DNA of 24,000 nucleotides from Peptococcaceae bacterium (GTDB lineage Bacteria; Bacillota; Peptococcia; Peptococcales; Peptococcaceae): NCBI GenBank assembly GCA_900756555.1, contig CAAEKP010000020.1, positions 25,037 to 49,036 of the forward strand, read 5' to 3'. Shown piece by piece: positions 18,031 to 24,000 of this stretch (position 1 is its first letter; each line of letters starts with the position of its first letter). The notes under the pieces were generated by a model. It saw only the letters and a program-made list of their open reading frames with translations, ran no database searches and was not told where the DNA came from. The position numbers and the translations under genes were made by a program.

Positions 18031-18070
18031 GTTACCGCCCTATACTGGTGACAGGAAGGGGGTGCTTGGC

Positions 18071-18163
18071 ATGGAAACCCTTACAACGTTAATACTCGCT
18101 ATTGTGGCAAGCGTGGTTAGTCATTGCGTTTGCAAATGGTTAGATAGTCGAGAGCATAGGTAA
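18071..18163 (+). CDS. 30-aa hydrophobic peptide; candidate type I toxin (Fst-like)
   Basis: METLTTLILAIVASVVSHCVCKWLDSREHR has a single TM helix followed by a WLD motif and a charged tail, as in Fst-family toxins. GGAAGGGGGTG RBS lies 7 nt upstream. The locus has a convergent sRNA and a shared terminator (see the sRNA and terminator features). Confidence 0.6.
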   Translation: METLTTLILAIVASVVSHCVCKWLDSREHR

Positions 18164-18187
18164 CCTGGTCAGCAACAGACTCAAACA

Positions 18188-18269
18188 GCAAAAAGAAAAC
18201 CCCGGTAGCTGCAACTACCGGGGTTTTCGTCTGTTTAAAATGGAATTGCCCTTACAACAATTCTTGCCT
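18188..18269 (-). ncRNA. Candidate antitoxin sRNA (about 80 nt), convergent to the toxin gene
   Basis: It is bounded by a strong promoter (18276-18304, minus strand) and the shared terminator. It contains GUUGUAAGGG...UUCCAU, which is complementary to the toxin mRNA start region AUGGAA-A-CCCUUACAAC (18071-18087). Confidence 0.5.
18196..18226. terminator. Bidirectional intrinsic terminator shared by the toxin mRNA and the antisense sRNA
   Basis: The stem aaaaccccggtag (18196-18208) / ctaccggggtttt (18214-18226) has U-runs on both strands: uuuucgucuguuu on plus and uuuucuuuuug on minus. Confidence 0.8.
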
Positions 18270-18275
18270 AGGCAT

Positions 18276-18304
18276 AGTATAGCATATGCATTTGGCAGAT
18301 TCAA
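18276..18304 (-). promoter_or_regulatory. Promoter of the candidate antitoxin sRNA
   Basis: The minus strand reads TTGAAT (18304-18299), a 17-nt spacer, and TATACT (18281-18276) preceded by TGc (extended -10). Confidence 0.55.
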
Positions 18305-18363
18305 GTATTCCTTGTCGAATGAAAAATTATTTTTACGGGATAGACACTTTTATTTTATCAGTG

Positions 18364-18392
18364 TTGATTCTTTTTATTAGACCTTGTATACT
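18364..18392 (+). promoter_or_regulatory. Candidate promoter for the membrane-protein / C-S lyase genes
   Basis: TTGATT at 18364-18369, a 17-nt spacer, and TATACT at 18387-18392. Confidence 0.45.
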
Positions 18393-18422
18393 GAAAGAAA
18401 AAGTGTGAAAGGGATGATGTAC

Positions 18423-18845
18423 ATGAAAATTTATGATAAAAAATTGTTGGTGATAGCTTTGATTTGTTTGATTGGCACTGTATGGCAAGGTTGGTATCTG
18501 ATGCAAAACAGAGGAAAGTTTGATTTCGTACTACTTATAATGTTTATTCTGGGTGTTTGTATCTATTTGCGTGGCGCATTGACCAAACAAGGCTATGAAG
18601 ACTTTCAGCGGCAACGTGCAAAAGAAAAGTGTCTTATGCAAAAACCTGCCTATAGAATATGGACGTGTTTCTTTTGGAGTGGCTTGGGCTGGATGGTATT
18701 TAGCGGAGTTGTTGTAATGAATATTTGGAATCATGTTAATCTTGGTTTGGGATTTTTTGTGCTAGGTTTGGTGTTATGGGGCGTGTCAGCCGTTGCATTG
18801 CGTATGCATCGCAATCTTGAGCAGAACCTGGACAAGGATGCATAG
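18423..18845 (+). CDS. Hypothetical small membrane protein (about 4 TM segments)
   Basis: The ORF has four hydrophobic segments (LLVIALICLIG, FVLLIMFILGVCIYL, IWTCFFWSGLGWMVFSGVVV, LGFFVLGLVLWGVSAVAL). The ORF-track TTG start at 18384 lies inside the -10 box, so it was rejected. The ATG at 18423 is preferred, with 18414 as an alternative. Confidence 0.55.
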   Translation: MKIYDKKLLVIALICLIGTVWQGWYLMQNRGKFDFVLLIMFILGVCIYLRGALTKQGYEDFQRQRAKEKCLMQKPAYRIWTCFFWSGLGWMVFSGVVVMNIWNHVNLGLGFFVLGLVLWGVSAVALRMHRNLEQNLDKDA

Positions 18846-18890
18846 GTGGAAGTAAGAAAGCCAAAATAGCAGCAGAGAGGAACGATAACA

Positions 18891-20069
18891 ATGAAGTATG
18901 ATTTTGACCAATTAATAGACCGTAGTGGCACACAGAGTTTGAAGTGGGGAAGTTTGTTGGCGAAGGCAGAGTCTGATTTTGCACCACTGTCCTTGTCAGT
19001 GGCAGATATGGATTTTCCCTGTGCTCAGCCGATTATTGATGCTCTGCATCGGCGGGTGGAACGGCAGATTTTTGGCTACAGTGATTATAATGCGCCAGAA
19101 GTGCGAGCAGTTGTGCAGCACTGGTATGCACAGCGTTTTGACTGGCAGATTAACGCAGAACACATTGTATTTAGCCCGGGGGTGGTTCCGGCCATTGCGT
19201 TTTTGATTCATGCGCTTACTGCTCCGGGGGATGGTGTGATTATTCAGCGACCAGTGTATTATCCGTTCACAGCCAGCATTGAAAATAGTGGTCGCAGAGT
19301 GGTTAATAATCCTTTGCGCTATGAGCATGGTGCTTACACCATGGATTATGCAGATTTGGAACAGAAACTGGCGAATCCAGCCAATAAGGGATTGCTGCTG
19401 TGCAGTCCACATAACCCGGTGGGACGCGTGTGGACTGCTGATGAGCTGCGACAGGTGGTGGCAATTGCGCAGAAGTATGATAAGTGGATTATCTGTGATG
19501 AGATTCACTCCGATTTAGTGCGGAGGGGAGTTCAGCATCAACCTTTGTTGAAACTGTGTCCAGATTATGCAGAGCATATCATAGTATGTACGGCACCCAG
19601 CAAGACGTTCAATCTGGCAGGAATGCAGATGTCCAACATCATTATTCCCAATGAACAATACCGCAGGAAGTGGCATGCTATCACATATAATGAATTTGGC
19701 ATAGCTATGGCAGGACCGATGGGTATTGCTGCGATGATGGCAGCTTACACAGAAGGTGCAGGCTGGTTAGAGCAGGTGCTTGACTATGTGGATGGTAATG
19801 TGGAGTTCACTCGACAATTTTTGGAGCAACGTCTGCCGAAAGCACATTTAGTAGAGCCGGAGGGTACTTATCTGCTGTGGATTGATTTGCGTGCTTACTG
19901 CAAGGATGCCAACGAGTTGGAACGAAAGATGTTGAAAGAAGCTGGCGTGGTGTTGGACGAAGGCTATATCTTTGGCGAAGAAGGTATTGGTTTTGAGCGC
20001 ATTAATGCAGCTTGCCCTCGCTCAGTGCTGCAAGCCTGTCTGGAACGGATGAAAAGCGTGCTGGTATAG
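18891..20069 (+). CDS. patB: PLP-dependent C-S lyase / aminotransferase of the PatB/MalY family (cystathionine beta-lyase-like)
   Basis: Collinear with my recollection of B. subtilis PatB: DRSGTQSLKWG, VADMDF, IFGY, FSPGVVPA, GDGVIIQRPVYYPF, SPHNPVGRVW, CDEIHSDL, APSKTFNLAG (PLP lysine) and ERINAACP. Confidence 0.85.
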   Translation: MKYDFDQLIDRSGTQSLKWGSLLAKAESDFAPLSLSVADMDFPCAQPIIDALHRRVERQIFGYSDYNAPEVRAVVQHWYAQRFDWQINAEHIVFSPGVVPAIAFLIHALTAPGDGVIIQRPVYYPFTASIENSGRRVVNNPLRYEHGAYTMDYADLEQKLANPANKGLLLCSPHNPVGRVWTADELRQVVAIAQKYDKWIICDEIHSDLVRRGVQHQPLLKLCPDYAEHIIVCTAPSKTFNLAGMQMSNIIIPNEQYRRKWHAITYNEFGIAMAGPMGIAAMMAAYTEGAGWLEQVLDYVDGNVEFTRQFLEQRLPKAHLVEPEGTYLLWIDLRAYCKDANELERKMLKEAGVVLDEGYIFGEEGIGFERINAACPRSVLQACLERMKSVLV

Positions 20070-20113
20070 TTGCAAATTGTATCAGTTGATAGCTTGACGA
20101 TAAATTTTACAAG

Positions 20114-20154
20114 AAAACTCCCGTTGGGCATAATGAGCCTGACGGGAGTTTTTT
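20114..20154. terminator. Bidirectional terminator between the convergent patB and spoVT genes
   Basis: The stem aaaactcccgt (20114-20124) / acgggagtttt (20142-20152) is followed by T-runs on plus and uuuucuug on minus. Confidence 0.8.
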
Positions 20155-20164
20155 AGATGCTGTG

Positions 20165-20704
20165 TTATTGTTCCATTTGTTTAGCCAGAAAAGAGGCGGC
20201 AGTTTCTGCCAGTTTTAATTCTAAATCGGACATTTTTACGCCTGATTCTTTGGTGGCAATGATTACGGTGCCGATAGGATCACCTTCAGCGATAATGGGC
20301 GCCATAATCTGTGAGGTAAATGTTTTTTCAATGCCATTGTCGGTGTTGCCGCGGAACAGAGCATGGATGGCGGTTTCACCAACACTGACTGCTTTGCGTT
20401 CTTCCATCACTTTTTCGGCAGCCAGACCAATAGACTTGCCCAAGAAATCTTTTTTTGATGCACCGGCGATGGCGATAATCTGGTCGCGGTCAGTGATAAT
20501 GGCGATATGTCCGGTAGCTTCAAATAAAGAATCAGCATATTCCTGAGCAAATTCCCCCAATTCACCGATAGGTGAATATTTTTTGAGGATGACCTCTCCA
20601 TCGTGGTCTACAAAAATTTCTAATGGGTCGCCTTCACGGATCCGGAGTGTGCGGCGGATTTCTTTGGGAATTACCACCCGACCTAAATCATCCCATTGTG
20701 TCAA
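20165..20704 (-). CDS. spoVT: Stage V sporulation protein T (AbrB-type N-domain plus GAF-like C-domain); the native 5' end is missing or replaced
   Basis: ...DDLGRVVIPKEIRRTLRIREGDPLEIFVDHDGEVILKKYSPIGELGEFAQEYADSL...ETAASFLAKQMEQ is collinear with B. subtilis SpoVT from residue 11 onward. The first conserved strand (MKATGIVRRI) is replaced by (L)TQW. The only in-frame start is TTG at 20704 with no SD within 5-12 nt. Confidence 0.85.
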   Translation of the reverse strand: MTQWDDLGRVVIPKEIRRTLRIREGDPLEIFVDHDGEVILKKYSPIGELGEFAQEYADSLFEATGHIAIITDRDQIIAIAGASKKDFLGKSIGLAAEKVMEERKAVSVGETAIHALFRGNTDNGIEKTFTSQIMAPIIAEGDPIGTVIIATKESGVKMSDLELKLAETAASFLAKQMEQ

Positions 20705-20842
20705 GCAGGTGCAAAAAAATTTGAGCCACCTCCGAAAAGCCCTGTAATATCAATGTTTTTAGGCTTCTCGGAGATTTTTAAAAACTCATTTTATCTCCTA
20801 CCCATTGAGTTATTTTAGGACAAAAATCGACCTATTTCCCCA

Positions 20843-20870
20843 AAATGAAACCAGCCCGAAGGCTGGCTCC
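20843..20870 (-). terminator. Intrinsic terminator after the distal recombinase gene
   Basis: On the minus strand, ggagccagcc-uucg-ggcugguuu is followed by cauuuugggg. It starts 4 nt after the stop codon at 20874-20876. Confidence 0.65.
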
Positions 20871-20873
20871 AAG

Positions 20874-22460
20874 TTACGCCGCAATAAAAAGGTCATCAAA
20901 CTTCCAGACAATTTCAATGTGCTGACTGTCCGATACGTTCACCCTTTCAATAGCATCGTACATGATTTGCTTCAATTCTTCATCGCTCAGCTTTGACGCA
21001 CGATCCGCAACTGTGCTGTCCTTTGCTGCCTGATTTCCTGCATTGAGATATTCCTCATATTCGGCTTCCAGGCTTCTGATTTTTTCCTGAAGCTCTACAT
21101 GGCTTTTCTCTCGCTCTGCACGAAGAAAGATGAATTCTTCCTTGGTGATACGTCCCTCCCGGTAATCCATATAACTCTGCACCTTCTGACTATCACCATT
21201 TTCCAGTTCCTTCTTCAGCGCACCCAGCTGAAGCATGAGCTGCTTACCCTTTGAAGCAGATTCTTTTTTCTTTTCTCTCGCCGTTACCTGCATGACTGCA
21301 ATCTCAGCTTTCAAAGTCTCAAGAATCACATTCTCAAGATCTGTCTTATCCCATCGGACTGATTTGCAATTTTCTTGGCTCTCATCCCAATAGGGACTGA
21401 CGCAATAAAAGTGAACGTCATTACCAAACGTCCTCTGCAGCTTGCGTCCGCAATGGGCGCAATAGAAGGGAAAATCGGCTTGTGGTGCCTTTTTGGTATA
21501 TGGCCGAACCTTTCTCAATGCAGCTTTGGCAGCTTCAAATTCTTCCATCGTGACAATGGCTTCATGAGTATTCTCATTGATAATCCATTCATCAGGTTTC
21601 GTCCTACGCTGGTTCTTGTCTCGAATGTGTCGGCTCTCACGAGTGTTATTAACCATGCAGCCTGTGTACTTCACATTCTTCAGCATTTCAAGAATCCGCT
21701 GATGTGTCCAGATGGGCTTTCTCGGCTCTTTGTTTTCCTTATACCTACGAGTGATCTTCTTATACTCCAAAGGTGTGGGAACGCCTTCTGCGTTAAGCTC
21801 CCTGGCGATCTGGCTGGTGGATTTCCCAGCAATGACATCTGTGAAAACCCTCCGAACAATCGGAGCTGTCTCCGGGTCAATCACCATTTTATGTTTCTGA
21901 CCCGGCAACACCATATATCCGTACAAACAGCAGCTGACGTAGCCACCGTTCTTTTGCTTCACTCTCATGCCAGTTTTTACTTTTTTGGACAGGTCTTTGC
22001 TGTAATAATCGTAAATAAGATTACGGAAGGTCACATCAATCCCCGGTGTACTGCCAAGGTAATTGTTGCTGTCGTAATGGTCATTGACCGACATAAAACG
22101 CACACCCAGGAAAGGGAAGATATGTTCCAGATAATCGCCAACCTCCAGATAGTCACGCCCAAAACGTGAAAGATCTTTGACGATTACACAGCTGATTTCA
22201 CCTTCACGGATTCTTTCAATCATGCGCTGGAATTCCGGTCTTTCAAAGTTTGTTCCAGAGAAGCCGTCATCACAAAATTCCAACCGGGGAAGTTCAGACA
22301 GCTCCGGAGACTGCGCAATGAATCGGCTGATGATCTGTCTCTGGGCCGAAATGCTATTGCTGTCATCTTTGGCAAGGTTCGTTCTCTTGTCTACATCTTC
22401 CTGTGAAAGACGCAGATAAACAGCAATGCACTTTGTCCTGATATAGCTGCTTTGCTTCAT
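20874..22460 (-). CDS. Large serine recombinase (resolvase/invertase catalytic domain, recombinase domain, zinc ribbon, coiled coil)
   Basis: MKQSSYIRTKCIAVYLRLSQED (catalytic Ser context YxRxSxxxQ), VKDLSRFGRD, a recombinase domain, the Cys cluster YCAHCGRKL...FYCVS...C, and a C-terminal coiled coil. The start was trimmed to the ATG at 22460 because GGAAGGAGG lies 8 nt upstream. Confidence 0.9.
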   Translation of the reverse strand: MKQSSYIRTKCIAVYLRLSQEDVDKRTNLAKDDSNSISAQRQIISRFIAQSPELSELPRLEFCDDGFSGTNFERPEFQRMIERIREGEISCVIVKDLSRFGRDYLEVGDYLEHIFPFLGVRFMSVNDHYDSNNYLGSTPGIDVTFRNLIYDYYSKDLSKKVKTGMRVKQKNGGYVSCCLYGYMVLPGQKHKMVIDPETAPIVRRVFTDVIAGKSTSQIARELNAEGVPTPLEYKKITRRYKENKEPRKPIWTHQRILEMLKNVKYTGCMVNNTRESRHIRDKNQRRTKPDEWIINENTHEAIVTMEEFEAAKAALRKVRPYTKKAPQADFPFYCAHCGRKLQRTFGNDVHFYCVSPYWDESQENCKSVRWDKTDLENVILETLKAEIAVMQVTAREKKKESASKGKQLMLQLGALKKELENGDSQKVQSYMDYREGRITKEEFIFLRAEREKSHVELQEKIRSLEAEYEEYLNAGNQAAKDSTVADRASKLSDEELKQIMYDAIERVNVSDSQHIEIVWKFDDLFIAA

Positions 22461-22461
22461 G

Positions 22462-24000
22462 CTACGCAACCTCCTTCCTGAGTTTCTCAATTTTATCTAC
22501 GACAGCCTTGAAATCGTCCATGTAATTGAATGTAATCTGCAATGTGCTGTCCTCATTCAGTTTCATGGATTCAATCAGAGCATCGACCATCTCCGCACTG
22601 ACTTCCTGGGCGTTATAATACTTTTTCACAAGCATTGCCCACTTCTTTTCTCCCAGAAGCTGATCGTCGTTCTGAGCCTTGGTATTCTCAAGTTCAGATA
22701 ACTGTTCTTCCAGACATTGAATCTCTTTCAGAACTACTTCACGGGTTTGTGCGTAATCTTCCTGAGAAAGAAGCCCTTCTCGTAAATCACGGTACATCTC
22801 ACTGAAAATTGCTTTTTTATGAGCTATTTTGGCTTTCAGCGACTTGATTTCTCCGGCACTGCCTGACTGCTTTATCTGAGCTTTTTTCATAGCCAGAAGC
22901 TGATGCAGCGTTGCCTGCATATCAATAAAGAGGTCAAATTGTGCCTTAATTGTCTCCAGAACAGCCGCATCCAGATCTGCTTTTCGCATTTTCTTAGGAG
23001 TGCAGGCCCTGGCACCATGTTCTGCATAGGAAGGACACTTAAATGTAAAATACGCTTTGTCCTTCTTTGTGCTGAAAGAGCGAACCAGCTTTATCACACA
23101 GCCACAATCCGCACAGGTGAACTTCTTGCCGTAGACGTTTTCAGCTTTCGGCAGGTAATCATATTTACCGTGATTTGCTTTTGTTTTTTCAACTGCAGCA
23201 CGATTGATTTCCTGAACCTTATCAAAAAGTTCCTGACTGATCAGGGCTTCATGCGTGTTTTCCACCACAATCCAGTCTTGTTCATCAAATCTTCCATAAG
23301 GAATACCTGCATATAAACATTGACCGGCTTTTCTTTGAGCCAGATGCCCAAGGTAAACGGTATCCTTCAGGATCTCCGTCACCATGTGTTTATTCCAGAG
23401 AATTTTATGGGCTTTCTGGTTGTTGTTAGTCACAATGCCACGGTCAGCTTTATACTGCCCAGGAGAAGGAATCCCCATATCATTGAGCTTCTTATTGATG
23501 CCCATATAGCTCATTCCTTCGCTACGCCATTTGTAAATCATCTGAACAACAGGCGCAGTCTCCGGATTAACAATCAGCTGATTTTTATTCTCAGGACTCT
23601 TTAAATAGCCGTATTTTTCCCAACTGCCAATGTATTCGCCATTTTCCATCTTTGTTTTCAAAGCAGATGTTACTTTTCGAGAAATGTCTTTGGCATAATA
23701 ATCATTGATTATATTGGAAAGAGATACGGAAAGCTGTCCATTCGCTTCTGCAGTATCTGTATCAAAGTTGTCGTTAATCGCAATGAAACGAATACCAAAG
23801 AACGGACAGATTTTCTCAAGAAACTCGCCGGTCTCAATATAGTTTCGCCCAAGGCGGGAAAGATCTTTGACAACAATGCAGTTGATTTTCTTGTCTTTAA
23901 CATCTTCCATCAGCCTTTGCCAGTTGGGTCTGTCAAAGTCCGTACCTGTAAAGCCATTGTCGATATAAATGTCAACGCACTCCAGATAAGGACGGCTGGC
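22462..24000 (-). CDS. Large serine recombinase, second paralog; the N-terminus lies beyond the window end
   Basis: The ORF-track protein starts mid-domain. My translation of 23911-24000 continues in frame (ASRPYLECVDIYIDNGFTGTDFDRPNWQRL-MEDVKDKKINCIVVKDLSRLGRNY). There is a zinc ribbon (FTCADCGCVI...FKCPSY...C) and a coiled-coil tail. The stop is 1 nt from the next ATG. Confidence 0.9.
   Translation of the reverse strand, partial: ASRPYLECVDIYIDNGFTGTDFDRPNWQRLMEDVKDKKINCIVVKDLSRLGRNYIETGEFLEKICPFFGIRFIAINDNFDTDTAEANGQLSVSLSNIINDYYAKDISRKVTSALKTKMENGEYIGSWEKYGYLKSPENKNQLIVNPETAPVVQMIYKWRSEGMSYMGINKKLNDMGIPSPGQYKADRGIVTNNNQKAHKILWNKHMVTEILKDTVYLGHLAQRKAGQCLYAGIPYGRFDEQDWIVVENTHEALISQELFDKVQEINRAAVEKTKANHGKYDYLPKAENVYGKKFTCADCGCVIKLVRSFSTKKDKAYFTFKCPSYAEHGARACTPKKMRKADLDAAVLETIKAQFDLFIDMQATLHQLLAMKKAQIKQSGSAGEIKSLKAKIAHKKAIFSEMYRDLREGLLSQEDYAQTREVVLKEIQCLEEQLSELENTKAQNDDQLLGEKKWAMLVKKYYNAQEVSAEMVDALIESMKLNEDSTLQITFNYMDDFKAVVDKIEKLRKEVA

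Larger units (their letters stand above)
20705..24000. mobile_element. End of an integrated element (prophage, ICE or transposon type unknown) carrying tandem large serine recombinases; it extends beyond the window
   Basis: Two LSR genes read toward a junction where spoVT homology stops abruptly, at about 20690-20705. The far end and the cargo are not visible. Confidence 0.6.

Noticed and set aside
17942-18163. 73-aa version of the toxin ORF (GTG start at 17942)
   Set aside because: It has no RBS, and the N-terminal 43 residues would be translated from promoter/leader sequence. The internal ATG at 18071 has a strong SD and gives a typical 30-aa type I toxin.
20157-20546. 129-aa ORF antisense to spoVT
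   Set aside because: It starts inside the bidirectional terminator and is antisense to a conserved gene, so it is likely spurious.
20742-20771. Imperfect inverted repeat ccgaaaagcc / ggcttctcgg near the element end, considered as the att site
   Set aside because: It lies about 40-70 bp away from where spoVT homology stops (about 20690-20705), so it is probably not the crossover site. Without the other junction, the att core cannot be defined.
21375-22169. 264-aa ORF on the plus strand inside the recombinase gene
   Set aside because: It is antisense to a full-length serine recombinase with intact motifs, and its product has no recognisable features.
1-24000. Longest-ORF start codons in the supplied track (2227, 5881, 6350, 8342, 10944, 11546, 17703, 18384, 22490, 862)
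   Set aside because: In each case an internal ATG is preceded by a clear SD at 5-9 nt and matches the conserved N-terminus of the family. The upstream extensions lack an RBS or overlap promoters or terminators.
1-24000. CRISPR arrays, tRNA, rRNA and IS-type terminal inverted repeats
   Set aside because: I scanned all intergenic regions longer than 80 bp. I found no regularly spaced direct repeats, no cloverleaf-like sequences and no transposase genes.

Overview
This window looks like a chromosomal segment from an endospore-forming Bacillota (Clostridia-like) genome, and it has three parts. (1) Positions 1-8220 are visibly AT-rich; spot counts give about 25% GC in one 60-nt line of the LysR gene and about 53% in one line of the chaperonin gene. 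This accessory-looking stretch holds a partial AAA+ (DUF4143-type) ATPase, an XRE regulator and a LysR regulator. It also holds a permease followed by a 683-aa cytoplasmic alkaline-phosphatase-superfamily enzyme, and a compact uncharacterised three-gene operon (zinc-ribbon protein, permease-less ABC ATPase, unknown 311-aa protein). (2) Positions 8260-16830 are core genes. They comprise a CIRCE/HrcA-controlled heat-shock operon, hrcA - archaeal-type (group II/III, thermosome-like) chaperonin - grpE - dnaK - dnaJ, followed by fhs (formate-tetrahydrofolate ligase). (3) Positions 16845-24000 contain a DUF1905 gene and yjdF with a structured leader that may be a yjdF-motif riboswitch. Next come a candidate Fst-like type I toxin-antitoxin locus with a convergent antisense sRNA, a small membrane protein, a PatB/MalY-type C-S lyase, and spoVT. 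The 5' end of spoVT is missing: homology starts at DDLGR, and the only in-frame start is a TTG with no Shine-Dalgarno sequence (SD). The break lies at the edge of an integrated element that carries two tandem, translationally coupled large serine recombinases and runs off the window. No rRNA, tRNA or CRISPR array was seen. The items most worth follow-up are the spoVT/recombinase-element junction, the type I TA locus, the chaperonin inside the dnaK operon, and the orphan three-gene ABC-ATPase operon. All homology statements come from reading the translations and recalling family motifs. No database search was run.
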